IMG/VR virus record: IMGVR_UViG_3300025728_000371
Span: 3,560-67,559 of that record
Reading direction: 5' to 3' (one strand)
DNA: 64,000 nt
Origin: a virus
In this document: positions 27,249 through 36,573 of the stretch, one piece after another
Layout of the letters: each line of letters opens with the position of its first letter
Numbering within the stretch: position 1 is the stretch's first letter
Program-made: the position numbers and the translations under genes
Notes under the pieces: model-generated
Database searches by the model: none
Told to the model about the DNA's origin: nothing
Seen by the model: the letters and a program-made list of their open reading frames with translations, nothing else

Positions 27249-28364
27249 ATGCTTGATGACGAAAATGCGGTCAGCCTGACGGTTGACGGCCTGGACTACC
27301 GTGGCTGGAAATCGGTGGAAATCACCGCTGGCCTGGAGCGGCAGACCCGTGACTTCACGCTCGGTATCACCTGGCGCTGGCCTGGTCAGGCCAGCGCGGT
27401 CCCGATCCGGCAGGGTGCCAAGTGCGAAGTCCGGATTGGCCGCGACTTGGTGCTGACGGGTTGGGTATTCGCCACGCCAATCAGCTACGACGACAAGCAG
27501 ATCACACTGTCGATCTCCGGACGCTCTCTCACTGCCGATCTGGTCGACTGTGCCGCGGTGAATCAGCCCGGCCAATGGAGCGGGCAGAGCGCACTGCCGA
27601 TCGTCAAGGCGCTGGCCGAGCCCTATGGGATCAAGGTGCGCAGTGAAATTGGCGACACAGACAAGGTGGCGGACCACACCATCAAGCCAGGCGAGACGGT
27701 GTTTGAGTCGATTGACCGTCTGCTGACCGTGTTCCGGATCTTCTCGACAGACGACGCGGCGGGTATGGCGGTCCTCGCCAAGCCCGGCAGCGAGGGCTGG
27801 GCGTTCGATGCCCTGGAGGTCGGCAAGAACATTCTCACGGGTAATGCTGGCCTGGACTTCTCAGGTGTGTTTTCCGAGTACCGGGTTTTGGGGCAGCGCA
27901 AGGGCACCGACGAGGACTTCGGCAAGACCGTCAGCGAAATCAATGCCGTGGTCACCGACGACCGTACCACGCGCAAACGGGTGATGATCATCAAGGAATC
28001 CGGCCAGATGACCCCGGAGCTGGTTCAGGCTCGGGCGAACTGGGAGCGGGTCACCCGCATGGGGAAGGCGCTCAGTACGACCTACAAGGTACAGGGCTGG
28101 CGGCAGAGCAACGGTGCGCTATGGCGCCACAACATGCTGGTGCGAGTGCGTGACCCGGTGATCGGGCTCGATCGCGACATGCTGATCGGAGAGATCACCT
28201 ACTCGCTGAGCGAGGCCGGGACGGTGACAACGATGGTTGTTGGCCCGCCGGATAGCTTCGAACCAGAGCCGAATGACCGGCGCAAGAACAACAAGCTCAA
28301 GAAGGGCGGCAAGGCCGACAACTTCGAGTATTTGATCCCTCCTGATTGGAAGCCTTCAGAATGA
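27249..28364 (+). CDS. Baseplate hub (Mu gpP-like)
   Basis: GW.SV.I, GRSLTADLVDC, VQGWRQ.NG.LW. Confidence 0.9.
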   Translation: MLDDENAVSLTVDGLDYRGWKSVEITAGLERQTRDFTLGITWRWPGQASAVPIRQGAKCEVRIGRDLVLTGWVFATPISYDDKQITLSISGRSLTADLVDCAAVNQPGQWSGQSALPIVKALAEPYGIKVRSEIGDTDKVADHTIKPGETVFESIDRLLTVFRIFSTDDAAGMAVLAKPGSEGWAFDALEVGKNILTGNAGLDFSGVFSEYRVLGQRKGTDEDFGKTVSEINAVVTDDRTTRKRVMIIKESGQMTPELVQARANWERVTRMGKALSTTYKVQGWRQSNGALWRHNMLVRVRDPVIGLDRDMLIGEITYSLSEAGTVTTMVVGPPDSFEPEPNDRRKNNKLKKGGKADNFEYLIPPDWKPSE

Positions 28365-28870
28365 GCCTACTTGACGTAGTGATGCGTGGTGTCGTCGTGC
28401 TCGGCGCGGGCGCGAAGAAAATGCGGGAGCTGCAAATGCGGTTGTACGCAGGGGAGGTCAAGGACGGCCTGGAACACTTCGAACCCTACGGTTTCACCAG
28501 CAGTCCGTTGGCGGGCGCTGAGGGGATTGTCGCCTTCCTCGGCGGGGATCGGTCGCACGGCGTTGTGCTGGTGGCTGCTGATCGCCGATACCGGGTGCAA
28601 ACGCTGCAGGATGGTGAGGTGGCGATCTACACAGATGAAGGGGACAAGATCCACCTCAAGCGCGGCCGCATCATCGATATCGAAACCCAGACGCTGAATA
28701 TCAAGGCCGGCGTTGCAGTGAACTTCGATACGCCACAGATCACCCAGACCGGGAAGATCATCTCCCAGGGTGATCAGGTGGCCGCTGGTATCAGCCAGGC
28801 CCAACACTTGCATGGCGGCGTTTCACCGGGTGGCGGACAAACCGGGGTTCCCGTCGGGGGTGCCGGATGA
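28361..28870 (+). CDS. Baseplate spike (Mu gp45-like)
   Basis: EHFEPYGFTS.P..GAEG, GGDRSH, terminal H.H. Confidence 0.9.
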   Translation: MSLLDVVMRGVVVLGAGAKKMRELQMRLYAGEVKDGLEHFEPYGFTSSPLAGAEGIVAFLGGDRSHGVVLVAADRRYRVQTLQDGEVAIYTDEGDKIHLKRGRIIDIETQTLNIKAGVAVNFDTPQITQTGKIISQGDQVAAGISQAQHLHGGVSPGGGQTGVPVGGAG

Positions 28871-29262
28871 TCATCGAGCCGGACACCGAGGCCGGTCTGG
28901 TGCGTGCCGTCGTTATCAGTCTGTTCACATGGCGGCGGGCCTCACCTGATGACCTGATCGACGACGCCGAGCGCTACGGCTGGTGGGGGGACAGCTATCC
29001 CGCTGTTGCTGACGACAAGATTGGCTCGCGGCTCTGGCTGTTGCGTCGGGTCAAGTTGACGGCGGCCACTGAGCGCGATGCTGAATTCTACGCCCGGGAA
29101 GCCCTTCAGTGGCTGATCGATGATGGGCACGTCCTTGGGCTCGACGTTCTGACCGAGCGTCAGGACAGCTATCGCCTGAACCTGCGAGTCATCCTCACCC
29201 TTTTGACGGGCGACAGCCTGCAAATCAATCCAACTCAGTGGCAGGTGATTTATGCCGTTTGA
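28867..29262 (+). CDS. Baseplate protein (Mu gp46-like)
   Basis: ISLFTWRRA, GWWGD, GSRLWLL.R.K. Confidence 0.9.
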   Translation: MIIEPDTEAGLVRAVVISLFTWRRASPDDLIDDAERYGWWGDSYPAVADDKIGSRLWLLRRVKLTAATERDAEFYAREALQWLIDDGHVLGLDVLTERQDSYRLNLRVILTLLTGDSLQINPTQWQVIYAV

Positions 29263-30292
29263 AACGCCGTCTCTGCCGGTGCTGGTCAGCCGTACCCAGG
29301 GCGACCTGGCCGGCGATGCAATGCGCCGGTCTGACGCTCAGGTGCTGGCGCGGGCGCTCAGTGGCAGCGCCTATGGTCTGTATGGTTACCTCGCCTGGAT
29401 CGCCGATCAGATCCTTCCGGATACAGCGGACGAAGAGACGCTGGAACGCATCGCAACCTTGCGCTTGAGTCAGCCCCGGAAGGCCGCGGCGCCGGCTGCT
29501 GGCGATGTCAGTTTCACAGCCGCGGCCGGTGCGGCGTTGGACGTCGATGTTTTGATGCAGGCCGGTGACGGCCGGTCGTACAAGGTCTCGGCCGGCAAGA
29601 CTACGGTCGCCGGCACCAATACAACGACTGTCGAAGCTGTGGATGCGGGCACGCTTGGTAATGCCGACGCGGGTCTTGTGCTAACCCTCGTACAGCCTGT
29701 GGAGGGGATTGTCAGCACCTTCACCGTGCTTGCGCCGGGCCTGGTCGGTGGCGTTGCCCAGGAAAGCGTCGAGTCCTTGCGCGCGAGGGTTGTGCGCTCG
29801 TATCGAGTTATCCCGCACGGTGGCTCGAAAGATGACTACGAGACCTGGGCGCTGGAATGTGCAGGCGTGACCCGGGCCTGGTGCCGCCGAAACTACCTTG
29901 GCCCGGGCACTGTCGGGCTGTTCTTCATGCGTGATGACGACGGCGACCCGATACCGGGTGACGATCAGTTGGCAGAAGTGAAGGCTTACATTGAGCCGCT
30001 GCGCCCAGTCACAGCCGAGCTGTATGTGCTTGCCCCGGTGCCTGTGCCGGTGGTCTACAGCATCCGGCTCACGCCTGACACCACGGCGGTACGGGCCGCT
30101 GTTGAGGCTCAGTTGCAGGACCTGCACAACCGAGAGGCGGGGCTGGGCGAATCGCTGTTGCTGACGCATATCGCTGAGGCCATCAGTAGTTCGAGTGGGG
30201 AGACTGACCACAAGCTGATCTCGCCTGTAGCTGATGTGCCGGCGGCCACCAACCAGCTTCTGACATACGGGGGGTGTGTATGGCTGGCTTGA
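29252..30292 (+). CDS. Baseplate J/gp47 protein
   Basis: QILPDTAD, GG...DY..WA, GPGTV. Confidence 0.9.
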   Translation: MPFETPSLPVLVSRTQGDLAGDAMRRSDAQVLARALSGSAYGLYGYLAWIADQILPDTADEETLERIATLRLSQPRKAAAPAAGDVSFTAAAGAALDVDVLMQAGDGRSYKVSAGKTTVAGTNTTTVEAVDAGTLGNADAGLVLTLVQPVEGIVSTFTVLAPGLVGGVAQESVESLRARVVRSYRVIPHGGSKDDYETWALECAGVTRAWCRRNYLGPGTVGLFFMRDDDGDPIPGDDQLAEVKAYIEPLRPVTAELYVLAPVPVPVVYSIRLTPDTTAVRAAVEAQLQDLHNREAGLGESLLLTHIAEAISSSSGETDHKLISPVADVPAATNQLLTYGGCVWLA

Positions 30293-30888
30293 GAACGCCG
30301 GAACAATACCGGGCGCAGTTAAATGCGCTGCTCCCCCTCGGCCCTGCCTGGGATCCTGACCTGGTGCCGGAGATCGGGCAGGTCCTCACGGGGCTGTCGC
30401 AGGAACTCGCTCGGGTCGATGCCCGGGCCTTCGATCTGCTCAATGAGATGGATCTGGGCGGCGTGACCGAACTGGTTCCTGATTGGGAGCGGGTGATGAA
30501 TCTGCCTGATCCGTGTGTCGGGCTCGAACCGGTCTTCGAGGATCGGCGACTGGCTGTTCGTGAGCGCCTGGTAGCAACGGGTGGGCAGAGCCGGGCCTAC
30601 TTCATCGATATCGCGATCCGACAGGGATACCCCCAGGCAAGCATCACAGAGCACCGGGCGCCTCGGTTCGGGCGCATGCGCTTCGGTGCAGCGCGGTTCG
30701 GCACCTGGAATGCGCAATTCATGTGGACACTTCACACGGGCCCGCGGCGACGCTTGGGACGGCGCTTCGGTGCGAGCTACTGGGGTGAGCGTTTCGGGGT
30801 GAACCCGAGCAGTGCGCTGGAGTGCGTCATCCGGCGCAGCTCGCCTGCTCACACACTTGAATTTATCAACTACGGGGAGAGTGAGTAA
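30280..30888 (+). CDS. YmfQ/gp48-like baseplate protein
   Basis: LLP.GPAW, DWERV..LPD.C, LEC.I....PAHT. Confidence 0.88.
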   Translation: MAGLRTPEQYRAQLNALLPLGPAWDPDLVPEIGQVLTGLSQELARVDARAFDLLNEMDLGGVTELVPDWERVMNLPDPCVGLEPVFEDRRLAVRERLVATGGQSRAYFIDIAIRQGYPQASITEHRAPRFGRMRFGAARFGTWNAQFMWTLHTGPRRRLGRRFGASYWGERFGVNPSSALECVIRRSSPAHTLEFINYGESE

Positions 30889-32399
30889 TGGATTTTCCGA
30901 AGAGTGTGCCGAATGTTGGTTTGGACGGCGGAAAGTTTGTTGATGAGAATACTGTGACCGGGACACCTGGATCGTTAATTCCGGCGCAGTGGGGGAATGC
31001 GGTCACTACCGAAATCCTCGGTGTTATTCAAGAGTCTGGCGCTACGCCAGACGAGTCGAATAACTTGCAGTTGGTTGCAGCAGTTAAGCAAATTGCAGCT
31101 CAGTCAAAGCCAGGCGCTGCCACGCAAGGCGTTGCCGGTGTTATTAAGTTGGCAACAAGCTCTGATGTAACGGAAGGAACTGATGACTCGAAAGCTGTAA
31201 CCCCGTTGAGACTGTTTCAGCGATTGAGTGGATACTTTGTTCAAGCCACTGAAACAGTTCTTGGGTTGGTGAAAATTGCAACGCAGGTTCTGACAAACGC
31301 TGGTGTTGATGACAAGACCAGCGTTACACCGAAGAAATTGGCAGTGGCTGTTCAGGGGCAGGCGTTTACTGCATTCACAACAGCAGGATCTGCCCCAGCT
31401 TTCACGTTGGAAGTGACACCGGCGGTAACCGCATATGCGCCGAATCAGCGGTTTCAAGTTGCCTTTCATGCGTCGGGTGGCGCAAATCCTACGCTTAATA
31501 TTTCCGGCGTTGGTCCGAAGTCTCTGAAGCAATATGATTCGACCGCGACAAAAGTTTCTGCCTTTGTTGTGAATGGTCAGATTTCTGATGTTGTTTATGA
31601 TGGAACTGATTTATTAGTTGTCGACTCGCTTCCGCCTCAAGTCAATAATTTGGTTGGCACGCAGGGGGCGTTTAAAAATCTCACGGTTTCCGCGACCGGG
31701 ACAAGTTCTGTAGTTTCGATTACAGTCGACGAGATCGTTTTGGAGAATGCGGCTGGTTCATACCAGACTGTGCGCAGTGTTGCGGTTAACCCGAACATAT
31801 CGGCGAGCGGCATCAGCGGGCTCGATGTCGGTACTGTAGCGGCGTCAACCTGGTATTCAGTTTGGGTCGTCTGGAGCAGCACGAACGGCGCAGCTGGACT
31901 CCTTTCTCTGAGAGCGACAGATCCGACCCTTCCTGGAGGATGGACGCATAAAGCGCGGGTGAGTTGGGTTAGGACAGATTCGTCTGGAAGGCCGCTTAAC
32001 TTCATTCAAGTTGGGCGTCGTGCTCAATACCGAGTTGGCAGTGGTACAAATCTTACTGTGTTGCCTGTGATTTCTAATGCAGTGGCTCCTGTGTCTTTGT
32101 GGACACCACTTGCGGTTGCCGCATTTGTTCCGCCCACAGCAGGCGCTATTGACGTCGGTGTGATATCTCAGTCCGCTGCGTCGCAACTTGCCTGGGCATA
32201 TGTTGTGCCGAACAACTCGTATTCAACTACGCCTTCCGCAACATCTCCTGTTGCGATCGGTTCTGGATCTTACAACTCGTCTCTTACTGCTACGCGGACG
32301 CTGATGACGCTTGAAAGCACCAACATCTATTGGGGCACCCTGACATCGAGTGGCGGCAGCATGGGTGTGTATTGTGCAGGCTGGGAAGACAATCTATGA
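30888..32399 (+). CDS. Tail fibre protein
   Basis: [17 protein letters not shown] anchor, AT....G..KLAT repeats, lower GC. Confidence 0.9.
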   Translation: MDFPKSVPNVGLDGGKFVDENTVTGTPGSLIPAQWGNAVTTEILGVIQESGATPDESNNLQLVAAVKQIAAQSKPGAATQGVAGVIKLATSSDVTEGTDDSKAVTPLRLFQRLSGYFVQATETVLGLVKIATQVLTNAGVDDKTSVTPKKLAVAVQGQAFTAFTTAGSAPAFTLEVTPAVTAYAPNQRFQVAFHASGGANPTLNISGVGPKSLKQYDSTATKVSAFVVNGQISDVVYDGTDLLVVDSLPPQVNNLVGTQGAFKNLTVSATGTSSVVSITVDEIVLENAAGSYQTVRSVAVNPNISASGISGLDVGTVAASTWYSVWVVWSSTNGAAGLLSLRATDPTLPGGWTHKARVSWVRTDSSGRPLNFIQVGRRAQYRVGSGTNLTVLPVISNAVAPVSLWTPLAVAAFVPPTAGAIDVGVISQSAASQLAWAYVVPNNSYSTTPSATSPVAIGSGSYNSSLTATRTLMTLESTNIYWGTLTSSGGSMGVYCAGWEDNL

Positions 32400-32761
32400 G
32401 CTATGCAGTGAAGAGTGATATGACAAGTTTCCGTGCAGTGATTGGGCCGGATAAGAGGTCGGAGGAATTTCCGGACGGGTTGACCGATGACGAGATTTAC
32501 TCGTTAGAGGTTCCTGTCCTTGTTCCGCCATCCCCAACCGCTGAGGAAGTTCTTGCTTTGGCAAATGCGCAACGCGATCTGTTACTTGGTGAGGCATCGT
32601 TGCGCATCGCTCCGTTACAGGATGCCGTCGACTTGGGAGAGGCGACCGATGATGAGGCGGCGAGCCTGAAAGCTTGGAAACAGTACCGCGTTGCCGTGAA
32701 CCGAGTTCATTTGCAGCCTGGGTGGCCTGATGCCCCGGCTTGGCCTGGCGTTCCGACCTGA
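32396..32761 (+). CDS. Tail fibre assembly chaperone
   Basis: [15 protein letters not shown]...L.AWKQYRV..NRV...PGWP....WP. Confidence 0.9.
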   Translation: MSYAVKSDMTSFRAVIGPDKRSEEFPDGLTDDEIYSLEVPVLVPPSPTAEEVLALANAQRDLLLGEASLRIAPLQDAVDLGEATDDEAASLKAWKQYRVAVNRVHLQPGWPDAPAWPGVPT

Positions 32762-32816
32762 TCACCGTAGATCAAACCGACCGCCACTTGGCGGTATTTT
32801 TTGCCTGGAGGAAAAC

Positions 32817-33365
32817 ATGCCCATCAACCAGCAGCAACTGCTGAATATTCTCCCGAACGCCGGCACCAAAGCCGGCGTTTTTGTTCCTGCTCTCAACACC
32901 GCGATGGGCAAATACGGCATCGTTGGCCGCCTGCGGGTTGCGGCGTTCATCGCCCAGGTCGGGCATGAGTCAGGACAGCTCCGCTACATGCGGGAAATCT
33001 GGGGGCCGACGCCGACCCAGGTCGGCTACGAAGGCCGGAAGGATCTGGGCAACACCCAGCCAGGCGACGGCTCGAAATACCGGGGCCGCGGACCGATCCA
33101 GATCACTGGTCGTGCCAATTATGCCGTGTGCGGTGAAGCCCTGGGGCTGGACCTTATCAATCAGCCTGAACTGCTCGAACAGCCTGGCCCTGCATGCATG
33201 TCTGCCGCCTGGTGGTGGGCGACCCACGGGCTGAACACGCTGGCCGACGCCGGCAACAACGCCGATATCGGCAGCATCATCAACACCGGTCGGCCAGGGC
33301 GAACCCCGAATGGAGCTGCTGAACGCAAGAATCTATATCTCAAGGCGTTGGAGGTGCTGGTATGA
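32817..33365 (+). CDS. GH19 endolysin
   Basis: AAFIAQVGHESG.L, LGN...GDG..YRGRG.IQITGR.NY. Confidence 0.93.
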   Translation: MPINQQQLLNILPNAGTKAGVFVPALNTAMGKYGIVGRLRVAAFIAQVGHESGQLRYMREIWGPTPTQVGYEGRKDLGNTQPGDGSKYRGRGPIQITGRANYAVCGEALGLDLINQPELLEQPGPACMSAAWWWATHGLNTLADAGNNADIGSIINTGRPGRTPNGAAERKNLYLKALEVLV

Positions 33366-33895
33366 GCCCTACAGTCTGGAAGCTTGCGAGCATCGGTTTC
33401 GCCCTGTTGCTCTTGATAGGGCTGGGTGCTGCGGGGGCGTGGGTGGTTCAAGGCTGGCGCTACGGGCAACAGCTCGCCAGCCAGGCCGGCCTGCACCAGC
33501 AGGATCTGGCTGAAATCAGCATGGCCTCCGCCGCCCAGCAGCGTGCCGAGCAGGATAAACGGGTGGCGCTTGAGCAGCGCCTAGCCGCCTCCGATAAATC
33601 ACATCAGCAGGAGTTGACGAATGTTCAGAATGATCAGGCTCGCCTGCGCGATCGCCTTGCTACCGCTGATCTACGGCTGTCAGTCCTCGTTGCCCAGGAC
33701 GCTGCCGGTGGCAGCGCCGACGTGCACGCCTCCGCCACCGCCGGCGGCCTGGTTCATGGAGCCACGCGCGCCAGAATTGACCCGGCGGCTGCTCAACGAA
33801 TTGTCGCCGTCAGCGACGACGGCGACCGGGCAATAATCGCGCTGAGCGCCTGCCAAGCCTATGCCAGGCAGGTGTCGGGTCAGGGCGGCCCCTAG
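33362..33895 (+). CDS. i-spanin (Rz-like)
   Basis: N-terminal TM, coiled coil, L.ACQAY. Confidence 0.88.
   Translation: MSPTVWKLASIGFALLLLIGLGAAGAWVVQGWRYGQQLASQAGLHQQDLAEISMASAAQQRAEQDKRVALEQRLAASDKSHQQELTNVQNDQARLRDRLATADLRLSVLVAQDAAGGSADVHASATAGGLVHGATRARIDPAAAQRIVAVSDDGDRAIIALSACQAYARQVSGQGGP
33621..33836 (+). CDS. Embedded o-spanin (Rz1-like lipoprotein)
   Basis: +1 frame inside Rz; lipobox IYGC; Pro-rich; AGGAG RBS; conserved in the tailocin copy. Confidence 0.8.
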   Translation: MFRMIRLACAIALLPLIYGCQSSLPRTLPVAAPTCTPPPPPAAWFMEPRAPELTRRLLNELSPSATTATGQ

Positions 33896-33959
33896 GTAGT
33901 TGTGCTCCCGTTGGATATTCGGGATTATGGCCTTTTGCTGTCAACCAAAGGGAATTGCT

Positions 33960-34277
33960 ATGAAATTGCTGTTGGCTGTCTTCGCTGTGCTTGCCGCTGG
34001 TGCATCGTCTTCTGTCCTGGCCCAGGACTATCCCCTCAAGACCCTTCAGCCTCAATCGATCATCTGTTTCAGCTATGGGGACTGGAAGGAAATGGTCTCG
34101 GCGTCCATCGACAATGATGCGGCGGCGGCCAGCCGCCTGGTGCAGTCCGGTGCGTGCCGGGTGGTACCTGGTGCAACGAAGGTTGCCTACCTGGACAAGG
34201 CCGCCGGCAACCTCGGCGGCCTGATTCAAATGCCCAGCGGAAAGGCGGCGTACACGTCGGACAAGTTCCTGAAGTAA
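33960..34277 (+). CDS. Small exported moron protein
   Basis: Signal peptide MKLLLAVFAVLAAGASSSVLA; two Cys; last prophage gene. Confidence 0.75.
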   Translation: MKLLLAVFAVLAAGASSSVLAQDYPLKTLQPQSIICFSYGDWKEMVSASIDNDAAAASRLVQSGACRVVPGATKVAYLDKAAGNLGGLIQMPSGKAAYTSDKFLK

Positions 34278-34288
34278 GGGCGGATGCT

Positions 34289-34340
34289 TGGGGCAAAAAT
34301 GGGGCATTTCGGGCGCCAGACTATGCCAATCAATGCCAAG
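34289..34340. repeat. Putative integrase arm-type and Xis-type repeats (TGGGGCA x2, TGCCAA x2)
   Basis: TGGGGCA at 34289 and 34300; TGCCAA at 34324 and 34334, about 100 bp inside the junction. Confidence 0.5.
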
Positions 34341-34362
34341 TAGCTTGCCTGTCGCAGTTATC

Positions 34363-34408
34363 GAAAAAGCCCTACACCCCCTGTATTACGGGGGTGTAGG
34401 GCTTTTTC
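34363..34408. terminator. Perfect 19-bp inverted repeat, bidirectional terminator
   Basis: gaaaaagccctacaccccc-tgtattac-gggggtgtagggctttttc. Confidence 0.85.
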
Positions 34409-34414
34409 TCGTTA

Positions 34415-34468
34415 CTACTCAAACACAATCGGGGTGTGCGAGGACAGATCGGAGATTGGCTTATTCAT
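34415..34468 (-). pseudogene. mutS: 5' stub of mutS cut by prophage integration (att junction ~34428)
   Basis: Minus strand reads MNKPISDLSSHTP-IVFE**; Pseudomonas MutS begins ...SDLSSHTPMMQQY; expected position divergent from prtR. Confidence 0.85.
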
Positions 34469-34657
34469 CAGTGGGATAGGCGATAGCTTGAAAAGGGTGG
34501 GGGCAAAATGGGGGTTATTTGCCTGGCAATGGGCGCAAGGTTAACACGGGCGGTCCGGCTCCGTAGACATGGCCTTTTGCTGTTGCTGTAATGGATATGC
34601 ACTAAATATGCAAATTAGCATTTGCCATTCAGCCAAAGCCCCATCAATATGCGCATT

Positions 34658-35392
34658 ATGCAAATACGCAACGTTTCTACCGTCCTCCGAGCACTGCTCG
34701 ACCGCCACGGGATCTCCCCCACGGAGCTTCACCGGCGCACCGGCGTGCCCCAATCCACCTTGTCGCGGATACTCAGCGGGAAGATCGTCGACCCTTCGGA
34801 CAAACACATCTCGAAGATCGCCGAGTATTTCCAGGTCAGTACCGACCAGCTGCGCGGCCGTGCCGATATCGGTGCCGCCCGTGACCAGGAACAGGGCCCG
34901 CTGCACTCTGAACTCAAGGATATAAGCCTGTGGGACGACGACACCCCCGTCAATGACGACGAGGTGTCCGTGCCCTTTCTTCGCGAGGTTGAATTGGCTG
35001 CTGGATCAGGAAGATTCGTCATCGAGGAAAGCGAGAAGGCCAGCCTGCGCTTCGGCAAGCGCAGCCTGCGTCACAACGGCGTGCAGTTCGACCAGGCCAA
35101 GTGCGTGACAGTGCGTGGCAACAGCATGTTGCCGGTGCTGCGTGATGGCGCCACGGTCGGGGTCAACGCCGGCAAGAGTGCCATTGGCGACATCGTCGAT
35201 GGCGATCTCTACGCGATCAACCATAACGGCCAACTGCGGGTGAAGCAGCTCTATCGTCTGCCGACCGGTATTCGCCTGCGCAGCTTCAATCGCGACGAGC
35301 ACCCGGATGAAGACTACAGCTTCCAGGAAATCCAGGAAGAGCAGATCACCATCCTCGGCCACGTCTTCTGGTGGGGCATGTACGCCCGTTAA
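34658..35392 (+). CDS. prtR: PrtR-like repressor (HTH + S24)
   Basis: HTH (TELHRRTGVPQSTLSRIL), AAGSG cleavage site, GNSM, VKQL; leads the tailocin locus. Confidence 0.9.
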   Translation: MQIRNVSTVLRALLDRHGISPTELHRRTGVPQSTLSRILSGKIVDPSDKHISKIAEYFQVSTDQLRGRADIGAARDQEQGPLHSELKDISLWDDDTPVNDDEVSVPFLREVELAAGSGRFVIEESEKASLRFGKRSLRHNGVQFDQAKCVTVRGNSMLPVLRDGATVGVNAGKSAIGDIVDGDLYAINHNGQLRVKQLYRLPTGIRLRSFNRDEHPDEDYSFQEIQEEQITILGHVFWWGMYAR

Positions 35393-35407
35393 CGCTCTCT
35401 GATTCGG

Positions 35408-35437
35408 AAAAAACCCACAGCGATGTGGGTTTTTTTT
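35408..35437 (+). terminator. prtR terminator
   Basis: aaaaacccaca-gcga-tgtgggttttt. Confidence 0.8.
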
Positions 35438-35522
35438 CGCCTGCAAAAAAGCCCCAGCCCTTGATCGGCGCGGCTTCCATGCGCTTGTGCATTTTCCGCG
35501 CAAAAATAAATGCATTTGTGCA

Positions 35523-35551
35523 TTGACTGTATATGCATACATGCATATTCT
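35523..35551 (+). promoter_or_regulatory. Sigma70 promoter of the tailocin operon overlapped by an SOS-box-like site
   Basis: TTGACT-17 bp-TATTCT; CTGTATATGCATACAT at 35527-35542. Confidence 0.65.
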
Positions 35552-35997
35552 TTGCTCCAAGCCGGCCGGAAAGGCCAGCCAAGGGCAGCGATGCCAGGGG
35601 GTGACCCCGAAGCTCTTTAGTCGTACCGCTTCAAAGAACAGGCAGCGATGAACCGGCCTTGACGGTTCAGAGGGTTGGCAACTGACCCGGGTGTGCAGCG
35701 TAAAGCACCGTGAACAGTTATCCGGCGGGCATGGACCGCGGTCGGAAGAACAATTTGAATCGATTCGTACCGCGCCAGTCGCGCCGAAGGATCGGGTGTC
35801 CGTTTCGCGTATCCCATGTTCGCCCCAAGGGCGTGCGGGGCCGGAACGGACGCCGGCATTACCAAAGAGCCTGGTATGAGCCGGGCTTTTTGGAATGCCC
35901 ACCGAACATGGGCTTCGTCGAGAACCCCTTATCTTGAAAAACAAGCCAAACCATCACCGGCCAATGAGTGGCCTTTTTTTATTGCAGGAGGCGTGAC

Positions 35998-36345
35998 ATG
36001 ACGAGCGAGCAACAAGCGTTGGCGGACATGCCTATCTGGCTGGTCATCGTGCTGGCCGTGATCGGCGGCGTATCCGGCGAAATGTGGCGCGCCGACAAGG
36101 AAGGCGCCCGCGGCTGGTCGCTGTTGCGGCGGCTGGTATTGCGCTCCGGGGCCTGCATGGTCTGTGGCGTGTCGACCATCATGCTGCTGTACGCCGCCGG
36201 ACTGTCGATCTGGACCGCCGGCGCCTTCGGCTGCCTGACCGCGATGGCCGGGGCGGATGTCGCCATCGGTCTTTACGAGCGCTGGGCGGCCAGACGATTG
36301 GGGGTTGGCGAAGTGCCTCCTCCGGAGCCCGGGAACAGCCAGTGA
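35998..36345 (+). CDS. Tailocin holin
   Basis: AGGAGG RBS; TM segments; first operon gene. Confidence 0.9.
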   Translation: MTSEQQALADMPIWLVIVLAVIGGVSGEMWRADKEGARGWSLLRRLVLRSGACMVCGVSTIMLLYAAGLSIWTAGAFGCLTAMAGADVAIGLYERWAARRLGVGEVPPPEPGNSQ

Positions 36346-36377
36346 GCGCATCGCCAGTTGAACAGGGAGGTCCACCG

Positions 36378-36563
36378 ATGTTGCAAGATTTTCGCTGCGG
36401 CAAATGCAATCGACTGCTGGCCCGCATCGGCGAGTTCAGCCAGATCCAGATCAAGTGCTCGCGGTGCGCGGCACTCAACCACATGAAGACCGAGCGTCTC
36501 CAACCATCGCCCCAGAGCGAATCGTCCAGCGCGCCAGTGCGCGCCTCATCCATTCGATCTTGA
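36378..36563 (+). CDS. Mu Com-like zinc-finger regulator
   Basis: DFRCGKCNRLLA......IQIKCSRC..LN; GGAGG RBS. Confidence 0.88.
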   Translation: MLQDFRCGKCNRLLARIGEFSQIQIKCSRCAALNHMKTERLQPSPQSESSSAPVRASSIRS

Positions 36564-36573
36564 GGTCACTACC

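Larger units (their letters stand above)
1..34428. mobile_element. Temperate prophage (HK97-type head, SfV/Mu-like contractile tail) integrated in the mutS 5' end; left end outside window
   Basis: Ordered int-xis, early, CI/Cro, replication, packaging, head, tail and lysis modules; right junction abuts a MutS N-terminal stub. Confidence 0.93.

Noticed and set aside
35393-35997. Small ORFs or a tRNA in the prtR-holin gap
   Set aside because: ORFs lack RBS or recognisable features and no cloverleaf was seen; treated as a structured leader
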